NCBI GenBank assembly: GCA_963704705.1
Contig: OY969931.1
Span: 1,080,001-1,112,000, forward strand
Length of the DNA: 32,000 nucleotides
DNA from: an uncultured bacterium
GTDB lineage: Bacteria > Patescibacteriota > Gracilibacteria > UBA1369 > PNNO01
Reading direction: 5' to 3'
Part shown: piece by piece, positions 25,556 to 32,000 of the stretch
Layout of the letters: every line of letters starts with the position of its first letter
Position numbering within the stretch: the stretch's first letter is position 1
The notes under the pieces: model-generated
The model's input: only the letters and a program-made list of their open reading frames with translations
What the model was told of the DNA's origin: nothing
Databases searched by the model: none
Made by a program: the position numbers and the translations under genes

Positions 25556-26830
25556 ATGCTCGACCTTAAATTTATTGCTGAAAATCCGGAGCTTGTTAAA
25601 GCTGGATGTCTCAAAAAACGAAAAGATATCGATATAGATAAAATTATCCAGCTAGATACTGAACGTCGCACACTTATTGCAGATGCTGATGCTCTTCGAA
25701 CACGTCAAAACGAAGTATCAAAAGAGATTCCTAAAAAATCCGACAAAGAAAAAGAGGCTTTATTTGCTGAGATGAAGGAGCTTAAAGATAACCTTAAAAT
25801 TAAAGAACAGGAACTCGAAGATTTGGTTGAGGTTTTGGACGAGCTTGTTATTAAAGTTCCTAATCCCCCATTCGATGAAGTGCCGGATGGCATGGATGAT
25901 CAGGATAATAAAATTGAGCGTACTTTTGGTGAGCCGCGAAAGTTTAAATTTGAGCCGCGTGATCATATAACCCTAGGTAAAGAGCTTGATATTTTGGATA
26001 TGGAAAAAGCAGCTGAGAGCTCTGGCGCACGTTTTTATTATGTTAAAAACGACCTTGTGATGCTTGAGTTTGCCTTGATTCAATATGCTCTAAGTAAAAT
26101 CACAGCTAAAGGTTTTAAGCCAATACTTCCACCTGCTTTGGTTCGTGAACACGCAATGGTGGGAACCGGTTTCTTCCCTGCTGATAAAAACGAAATTTAC
26201 AGCGTGAATCCTGAAGACGATAATTTATTTTTGATTGGAACATCAGAAGTGCCTTTATGCATGCTTCATTATGATGAGATTTTGGAAGCTGATAAATTAC
26301 CTTTAAGATATGTTGCTTTTTCACCTTGTTTCAGGCGCGAAGCAGGAAGCTACGGGAAAGATACAGCAGGAATAATTCGGGTTCATCAATTCGATAAAAT
26401 TGAAATGTTCAGTTTTTGTAATCCTGAAAATTCGCGTGAAGAACATGCGCTTATTGTTAGCCTTGAAGAAGAAATTGTTCAAGGTTTAGAAATCCCCTAT
26501 CAAGTGGTTAATGTTTGCGGAGGCGACCTTGGTGACCCTGCTGCAATCAAATACGACATAGAAGCATGGATTCCGACTCAGGGTAAATTCCGTGAAATAA
26601 CAAGCGCTTCAAACACAACAAATTACCAGGCGCGAAGGTCAAAAATCAGATTCAAAGATGCCAACGGCAATAAAGAATACATCCACACACTAAACGGTAC
26701 AGGAATTGCAATGCCAAGAATGTTCGTTGCAATACTCGAGAACTACCAAAATGAAGATGGCAGTGTGACTATACCTGAAGTTTTACGGCCTTATATGGGC
26801 GGAAAAGAGAAGATTGAGAAATCTAACTAA
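25556..26830 (+). CDS. serS: Seryl-tRNA synthetase
   Basis: N-terminal coiled-coil arm (MLDLKFIAENPELVK...). Class II motifs FRREAGSYGKDTAGIIRVHQFDKIEMF and TLNGTGIAMPRMFVAILENYQ. Confidence 0.95.
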   Translation: MLDLKFIAENPELVKAGCLKKRKDIDIDKIIQLDTERRTLIADADALRTRQNEVSKEIPKKSDKEKEALFAEMKELKDNLKIKEQELEDLVEVLDELVIKVPNPPFDEVPDGMDDQDNKIERTFGEPRKFKFEPRDHITLGKELDILDMEKAAESSGARFYYVKNDLVMLEFALIQYALSKITAKGFKPILPPALVREHAMVGTGFFPADKNEIYSVNPEDDNLFLIGTSEVPLCMLHYDEILEADKLPLRYVAFSPCFRREAGSYGKDTAGIIRVHQFDKIEMFSFCNPENSREEHALIVSLEEEIVQGLEIPYQVVNVCGGDLGDPAAIKYDIEAWIPTQGKFREITSASNTTNYQARRSKIRFKDANGNKEYIHTLNGTGIAMPRMFVAILENYQNEDGSVTIPEVLRPYMGGKEKIEKSN

Positions 26831-26836
26831 TTTTAT

Positions 26837-27148
26837 ATGAAACGAACAATAAAAGGATTATTGATTGGGTTGCTAATTGGGGTGGCAACATTAGTTTTGA
26901 TAATAATTCCGGTTTTTGGTGTTTTTATTCTCGCATTACAAACTCCTGCTATTTATATTGCTGAATTTATTTCAATTCCTTACCAAATCATTGTTATTAT
27001 TATGGGTGGTTTAATAGGAGCACTATTGGGATATTTGAAAATTTACAAAACAATATTTATAATCGCAATTATAGGAGTAGTTGTTCTAATCGGATTTTCA
27101 TTTTTATACTTTGTAAAAGATTTCGCTGATACAATGTCGAATTTCTAA
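26837..27148 (+). CDS. Small hydrophobic membrane protein (103 aa, about 3 TM), hypothetical
   Basis: ATG ORF 6 nt after the serS stop. The sequence is dominated by three hydrophobic segments. Confidence 0.5.
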   Translation: MKRTIKGLLIGLLIGVATLVLIIIPVFGVFILALQTPAIYIAEFISIPYQIIVIIMGGLIGALLGYLKIYKTIFIIAIIGVVVLIGFSFLYFVKDFADTMSNF

Positions 27149-27235
27149 ATCATAAAATCTTTTCCACGCAACTCCCGTAGCATTGCCAAAGCATGCTGTT
27201 TTGTGTTAAAATATATTGAAATTAAAAAAATAAAC

Positions 27236-27991
27236 ATGTTAGCACTCTCAACAGATTCACTTACCGGATACGGCCTTAACCGTATTTTTCAGTTTGCCAA
27301 AGAAGCAGGTTATGATGGCGTTGATGTTAAAATTTCTGAGAATAATTATGATTCCCAGAATGGTGAATATATTAAAAAATTGTCAGATGAATTTGGGATT
27401 CCAATTCTTGCTCTTCAGTTAAATGACCCTAGCCCTAAAACTTTAAAAAGCACTATTGAAATTGCCAAGACAGTTGGCTGCAAAGTAATTATTGTTCAGC
27501 CTCCTAAAATTTTCAGTTTCAGACAGCAATCATGGCTTAAAGGAGAAGTGCCTAAAATCAGAGCAAAAGAAGGAATTTCAATTGCTCTTGAGAATGCTCC
27601 GGCTGATATGATTCTTGGATTTATTCCAAAACATGCGATGAATAATATAGTTGAGATGAAAAAATTCAAACATGCATGTATTGATACAACAAGAATTGCA
27701 TCTAAGAGTCAGGATTTAATGAGAGTTTACAAATCACTTGAAAAATATTTGGTACATATTCACCTTTCAAATGTAAAAGGTTCAAAAAAATATTATCTTC
27801 CGGACGATGGAATTCTTCCATTGGAAAGCTTTTTAACAAAGCTGAAACAGGATGATTTCCCTGGTACTATTTCAATGAAAGTTAATCCTAAATATATAGA
27901 TGCTGGTGATGATGAAAAAGTAATGAAGCATCTGATAGATATGAAGGATTACTACAATAAATATTTTGCCCAACCTAAAATAGGTGAATAA
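27236..27991 (+). CDS. Sugar phosphate isomerase/epimerase (xylose-isomerase-like TIM barrel, AP_endonuc_2 family)
   Basis: AKEAGYDGVDV, IALEN and HIHLSN segments, spaced as in PF01261 proteins. The track start at 27203 is a GTG, so I prefer the ATG at 27236. Confidence 0.55.
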   Translation: MLALSTDSLTGYGLNRIFQFAKEAGYDGVDVKISENNYDSQNGEYIKKLSDEFGIPILALQLNDPSPKTLKSTIEIAKTVGCKVIIVQPPKIFSFRQQSWLKGEVPKIRAKEGISIALENAPADMILGFIPKHAMNNIVEMKKFKHACIDTTRIASKSQDLMRVYKSLEKYLVHIHLSNVKGSKKYYLPDDGILPLESFLTKLKQDDFPGTISMKVNPKYIDAGDDEKVMKHLIDMKDYYNKYFAQPKIGE

Positions 27992-28004
27992 ATTCTAATT
28001 CTGC

Positions 28005-28032
28005 TTGACTTTAAGGCGAAAATGAATAAAAT
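28005..28032 (+). promoter_or_regulatory. Sigma-70-like promoter upstream of rpoB (TTGACT-N16-TAAAAT)
   Basis: TTGACT at 28005-10, a 16-nt spacer and TAAAAT at 28027-32. This leaves a leader of about 100 nt before the ATG at 28140. Confidence 0.45.
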
Positions 28033-28139
28033 TATATCGCTGTGAGATAATTTTCCTTTTGAATTTACCTGGAAAATATACGACTGCGTTGAGGAAAACA
28101 GCCCATGTTTTATATATATTCTGTCACCTTTTATTAATC

Positions 28140-31100
28140 ATGCCTAAAAAGTCAACTTCAAAGAAAAAGGCTGATAAAAAGCCTGCTAAAAAACAAGTGA
28201 AGGCTATTGTCAAGCCAAAATCTACTAAAGCAAAGGCTAAACCTAAAAAGGTTATGCCTGTTAAAGCTGGTCCCAGAGCGACCAAAGGGAGCTCTACTTC
28301 GCGAAGCGGAGCTAAAAAAGTAAAAAAGAATGTTGGTGTTAAAGCCGGTCCAAAAAAATTAAAAACAAGTAAACCTGAAGCAAAAGTTCAAGCTGCGCCA
28401 AAAAAAGCTTTGCCTAAAGCAAAAGCTAAAGCAGCAAAACCAAAGAAAAGGCTTAAAATTAGAGAAGCTGTTTTCTCGATGCAACCATACATTGAGGCAA
28501 TTTCTAAGCCTATTACAAAAACTGCTGAAAGAAAATATTTCAGACCGCAGTTGGATGTTAAACAAGAACTTCCACCATTAATTGAAATTCAGATAATGTC
28601 TTATAAATGGTTTTTGGAAGAAGGATTAAGAGAGCTTTTGGATGAAATTTCTCCGATTGCAGACTTTTCAGGCAAAAAACTTGAACTTCACTTTTTGGAA
28701 CATTCAATTGGCGAACCTAAATATGATCCTGAAACAGCGAAGAACAAAAATTTAAGTTATGAAGCTCCGTTAAAAGTACATGTACAACTTATTAATAAAG
28801 AGACAGGTGAAATTAAAGAACAGGATGTATTCCTTGGAAGTATTCCTTTGATGACAGATAGAGGAACTTTTATTATTAATGGAATCGAAAGAGTTGTTGT
28901 AAGTCAGATAGTTAGATCTCCTGGTGTGTTCTTCTCAAATAATTCTGCTGCTCCAGGCATGTGCAGCGCAAAAATCATTCCAAAAAGAGGAGCATGGCTT
29001 GAAATTGAAACTGATAAAAAAGGTATTATTACAGTTAAAATTGATCGAAAACGTAAAATTCCTATTACTCAATTGTTAAGAGTTTTCGGATATGAAAAAG
29101 ACAAAGAAATTTTAGATTTATTTAAAGATGTAATTACAGATATTGAACATGATTACATTTTAAAAACTCTGGAAAAAGATAGTGCTAAATCAATTGATGA
29201 AGCATATCAAAGTATTTACAGGAAAATCAGACCTGGTGATCTTGCAACACCTGAAAACGCAAAAGCCCTTATTACTTCTATGTTCTTTGACTATAGAAAA
29301 TATGACATGGGGCCTGTTGCAAGATACAAATTAAATAAGAGATTCAAACTTTCTACTCCGAATGAAAAAAAATATCATACTTTTCAGGTTGAAGATTTAG
29401 TTCATATACTTAAATATTTAGTACGACTTAATAATGGTGAATTAAAACCTGATGATATCGATCATTTATCAAACAGACGTATCAGAGCGGTTGGTGAACT
29501 TGTTCAGAATAAATTCAGAGTTGGTTTATTAAGAACAGACAGAATCGCAAAAGACAGGATGACTGTTATGGATTTGGATACTGTCACTCCGACTCAGTTG
29601 ATTAACTCTAGGCCTATAACGGCTGCATTACGTGAATTCTTCGCGAGCTCACAGCTTTCGCAGTTTATGGATCAAACTAATCCACTTGCAGAACTTGCTC
29701 ATAAAAGAAGACTTTCTGCTATGGGGCCCGGTGGACTTTCACGTGAACGTGCTTCATTTGATGTACGTGACGTGCATACCTCGCATTACGGAAGAATTTG
29801 TCCTATTGCAACACCTGAAGGACCAAACATTGGTTTGGTTGTTCATTTGGCAACATTCGGACGTGTTAATAAATATGGATTTATCGAAACGCCATTTAGA
29901 GAAGTTGCACATACTGTTCCAAACAAAGCTAAAGACATGATTGGAAGGCATGCATCTCAGGACATTATTAATCCAGGCACTAAAAAAGCCATTGTTAAAG
30001 CTAACGAACTTATTGATGAAAAAGCAGCTAAAGCAATTGAAAAACTTAAAATTGATGAAGTTCCGGTAATAGCATATGTTACGACCAATACAAAGTATAT
30101 GGATGCTGATGAAGAAAAACCATTAACAATTTCTCAGGCAAATACACCAATCGATGATAAAACAGGAGAATTCCAGGAATTAAGAGTTGCTGCCCGTGAA
30201 AATTCAGAACCTGTATTGGCTGATGCCGAAGACGTAACTCATATGGATGTATCTCCAAAACAGATCATCTCTGTTACTACTTCACTTATTCCATTCCTTG
30301 AGCATGATGATAATACACGTGCTTCAATGGGTTCAAACATGCAACGTCAGGCTGTATCTCTTGTGTCACCTGAAGCTCCGATTGTCGGAACAGGTATGGA
30401 AGAACTTGCAGCTAAATCTTCAGGTCAGGTATTGATTGCTGAAGATGACGGTACTGTTTCATATGTTGATGCTAATGAAATTACAGTTATTTATAAAAAC
30501 GGTAAAAAAGTTACTTATACTCTTCATGTTTACAGCAGATCAAACCAGGCTACTTCTATTCATCAGAGAGCAGTTGTAGATCAAGGCGATAAAGTTAAAA
30601 AAGGTGACGTACTTGCTGATGGTGCATCAACTGACGGCGGAGAACTTGCACTTGGAAGAAACCTTCTGGTGGCTTACATGGCTTGGCAGGGTTACAACTA
30701 TGAAGATGCGGTAATTATTTCTGACAGACTTGTTAGAGATAGTGTTTATGATTCAGTTCATATCGAAACATTCACAATGGATGTTCGTGATACAAAACTA
30801 GGACCTGAAATTGTAACAAGAGATATCCCTAACGTTGGAGAAAACAGATTAAAAGATCTGGATGAAGACGGTGTTGTGAGAATCGGTGCGCATGTAAAAG
30901 AAGGAGATATCCTGGTTGGTAAAATCACACCAAAAGGTGAAACTGAATTAACCGCCGAAGAAAGATTATTACGTGCTATCTTCGGTGATAAAGCGCGTGA
31001 TGTAAAAGATACTTCATTAAGACTTCCCGGTGGTGAAGGCGGAAAAGTAGTTGGTGTTCAATTATTCACAAGACAAAATGGAGATGAACTTCCAACAGGA

Positions 31101-32000
31101 GTAAACAAACAAATCAGAGTAAGTGTTGCGCAGACTCGTAAAATCTCAGTTGGAGATAAAATAGCGGGACGCCATGGTAATAAAGGTGTAATTTCAATTA
31201 TTGTACCTCAGGAAGATATGCCGTTCTTACCGGATGGAACACCTGTTGATATTGTTTTGAATCCGCTTGGTGTATCAAGTCGTATGAATATCGGACAAAT
31301 TTTAGAAACGCATTTGGGATGGGCAGCAATAAAACTTGGCATGAAAGTTGCGAGTCCGGCGTTAAACGGAGCAAAACCTAAAGACATTACTGATCTTCTT
31401 AAAAAAGCGGGCTTACCTGAAGATGGAAAAATCCAGCTTTATGATGGAAAATCAGGTGAACCGTTTGATCACAAAACAACAGTAGGTATTGCTTACATAA
31501 TGAAATTGAGCCATTTGATTGAAGATAAAATCCATGCAAGATCTGTTGGACCATATTCACTTGTTACTCAGCAGCCTCTTGGAGGTAAAGCTCAGCATGG
31601 TGGACAGAGATTCGGAGAAATGGAGGTGTGGGCACTTGAAGCATATGGTGCATCTCATACTCTTCAGGAAATGCTCACAATCAAATCCGATGATGTATAC
31701 GGAAGAGCAAAGGCTTATGAATCAATCGTTAAAGGTGAAGCTATCAGAAAACCAAGAACACCTGAATCATTCAATGTACTTGTAAAAGAATTACAAAGTT
31801 TATGTTTGAGTGTTGATCTTGTTAATACTGATACATCTGACGATGACCTGGCCGAGGACGAATACTCAATCAAAGAAGTTGAAAAAGAAGAAGAAGAAAT
31901 TTTAAAAGAAGATATCGAAGACAGAGAAGAAGTTGATCCTGAAGTAGCAAAGAAAATGGCTGAACAAATTGTGACTCCTCATGAAGGTGGGAATCGCATT
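28140..32000 (+). CDS. rpoB: DNA-directed RNA polymerase beta subunit, 3'-truncated by the window edge, with a 113-aa Lys/Ala/Pro-rich N-terminal extension
   Basis: Absent from the ORF track, probably because there is no stop inside the window. My manual translation of the frame beginning at 28140 found no stop in any stretch I read (several segments across the gene), and an in-frame TGA lies upstream at 28023. Hallmark segments: [109 protein letters not shown] and [20 protein letters not shown]. Confidence 0.97.
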   Translation, partial: MPKKSTSKKKADKKPAKKQVKAIVKPKSTKAKAKPKKVMPVKAGPRATKGSSTSRSGAKKVKKNVGVKAGPKKLKTSKPEAKVQAAPKKALPKAKAKAAKPKKRLKIREAVFSMQPYIEAISKPITKTAERKYFRPQLDVKQELPPLIEIQIMSYKWFLEEGLRELLDEISPIADFSGKKLELHFLEHSIGEPKYDPETAKNKNLSYEAPLKVHVQLINKETGEIKEQDVFLGSIPLMTDRGTFIINGIERVVVSQIVRSPGVFFSNNSAAPGMCSAKIIPKRGAWLEIETDKKGIITVKIDRKRKIPITQLLRVFGYEKDKEILDLFKDVITDIEHDYILKTLEKDSAKSIDEAYQSIYRKIRPGDLATPENAKALITSMFFDYRKYDMGPVARYKLNKRFKLSTPNEKKYHTFQVEDLVHILKYLVRLNNGELKPDDIDHLSNRRIRAVGELVQNKFRVGLLRTDRIAKDRMTVMDLDTVTPTQLINSRPITAALREFFASSQLSQFMDQTNPLAELAHKRRLSAMGPGGLSRERASFDVRDVHTSHYGRICPIATPEGPNIGLVVHLATFGRVNKYGFIETPFREVAHTVPNKAKDMIGRHASQDIINPGTKKAIVKANELIDEKAAKAIEKLKIDEVPVIAYVTTNTKYMDADEEKPLTISQANTPIDDKTGEFQELRVAARENSEPVLADAEDVTHMDVSPKQIISVTTSLIPFLEHDDNTRASMGSNMQRQAVSLVSPEAPIVGTGMEELAAKSSGQVLIAEDDGTVSYVDANEITVIYKNGKKVTYTLHVYSRSNQATSIHQRAVVDQGDKVKKGDVLADGASTDGGELALGRNLLVAYMAWQGYNYEDAVIISDRLVRDSVYDSVHIETFTMDVRDTKLGPEIVTRDIPNVGENRLKDLDEDGVVRIGAHVKEGDILVGKITPKGETELTAEERLLRAIFGDKARDVKDTSLRLPGGEGGKVVGVQLFTRQNGDELPTGVNKQIRVSVAQTRKISVGDKIAGRHGNKGVISIIVPQEDMPFLPDGTPVDIVLNPLGVSSRMNIGQILETHLGWAAIKLGMKVASPALNGAKPKDITDLLKKAGLPEDGKIQLYDGKSGEPFDHKTTVGIAYIMKLSHLIEDKIHARSVGPYSLVTQQPLGGKAQHGGQRFGEMEVWALEAYGASHTLQEMLTIKSDDVYGRAKAYESIVKGEAIRKPRTPESFNVLVKELQSLCLSVDLVNTDTSDDDLAEDEYSIKEVEKEEEEILKEDIEDREEVDPEVAKKMAEQIVTPHEGGNRI

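Noticed and set aside
551-25966. Numerous 60-110-aa track ORFs nested in or antisense to long genes. Examples: 551..784, 1480..1731, 2796..3056, 3615..3857, 3798..4031, 4606..4791, 5954..6184, 7960..8280, 9121..9339, 9744..10073, 10251..10460, 11770..11952, 12419..12625, 13862..14044, 15290..15475, 15475..15663, 17350..17532, 18158..18376, 18544..18774, 19569..19808, 20560..20928, 21052..21360, 22349..22540, 22362..22580, 22842..23172, 23669..23866, 24520..24768, 25345..25671, 25705..25966.
   Set aside because: Each overlaps a confidently identified gene in another frame or on the other strand, has low-complexity or Leu/Ile/Phe/Ser/Lys-rich composition typical of AT-rich off-frames, and lacks an independent promoter or motif. 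I treat them as spurious.
27179-27210. Weak hairpin (agcat..atgct, 27179-27197) followed by gttttgtgtt after the small membrane-protein gene, as a possible terminator.
   Set aside because: It has only about 5+2 bp with a bulge and low GC. This is marginal, so I did not list it as a feature.
26115-31785. Further short track ORFs inside serS and rpoB (26115..26324, 28359..28565, 29632..29940, 29754..29951, 30247..30435, 31519..31785).
   Set aside because: They are off-frame or antisense to serS and rpoB coding sequence. There is no independent support.
28140-32000. The absence of any long ORF in the track over 28.1-32 kb suggested recoding (for example UGA as a sense codon), a pseudogene or a non-coding region.
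   Set aside because: Manual translation of the frame starting at 28140 gave stop-free, canonical RpoB sequence in every stretch I read, right up to the window edge. The ORF is apparently missing from the track only because it has no stop codon within the window. All other genes read normally in the standard code.
31800-32000. The acidic C-terminal tail of RpoB ([35 protein letters not shown]...) running off the window could indicate an rpoB-rpoC fusion.
   Set aside because: Acidic C-terminal tails after the [15 protein letters not shown] motif occur in ordinary RpoB proteins, for example the Bacillus type. The window ends before any RpoC-like sequence, so a fusion can be neither supported nor excluded.
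1-32000. I looked for CRISPR arrays, tandem repeats, tRNA or rRNA genes, riboswitches upstream of transporters, and integrase or transposase genes.
   Set aside because: I saw no regularly spaced direct repeats, no cloverleaf or T-loop (GGTTCGAATCC-like) candidates outside coding sequence, no rRNA-like segments and no recombinase-like ORFs. A visual scan cannot exclude short or degenerate elements.

Overview
AT-rich bacterial chromosomal window (hand-counted 60-nt samples range from about 20% to 40% GC). It reads in the standard genetic code and is densely packed with housekeeping genes. These include cell-envelope genes (LCP transferase, DD-carboxypeptidase, mraY, rsmH plus an ftsL-like gene), an ECF sigma / putative anti-sigma pair, fbp-fba and gap, tsaC, a P-type ATPase, a CIRCE-controlled hrcA-grpE-dnaK cluster and serS. 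There is also an rpoB (28140->32000) that is complete at its 5' end and cut off at its 3' end; the ORF track omits it, probably because it has no stop codon inside the window. Native genes have essentially no Shine-Dalgarno sequence and use near-consensus TTGACA-N16/17-TATAAT promoters. That and the small protein sizes fit a reduced, possibly CPR/Patescibacteria-like genome, which is inference only. The stand-out observation is two compositionally foreign GC-rich islands that bracket the native tsaC-gap pair. Island 1 (14335-14700, about 58% GC) is an ORF-free, highly self-complementary unit of about 365 nt with a perfect TTGACA-N16-TATAAT promoter and a 14-bp G/C hairpin terminator, so it is a candidate structured RNA of unknown class. 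Island 2 (16496-16897, about 56% GC, GC3-biased) is a 133-aa orphan ORF. It carries the only canonical AGGAGG ribosome-binding site I found among the start sites checked, a structured leader, the same perfect promoter and a canonical intrinsic terminator. I cannot place either island in a known family. I propose them as a candidate horizontally acquired RNA-plus-protein module of unknown function; the main alternative is an assembly chimera. Secondary observations are a 113-aa lysine-rich, histone-H1-like N-terminal extension on RpoB, a stand-alone HNH nuclease gene, and several orphan ORFs. I found no rRNA, tRNA, CRISPR array, transposase or integrase.
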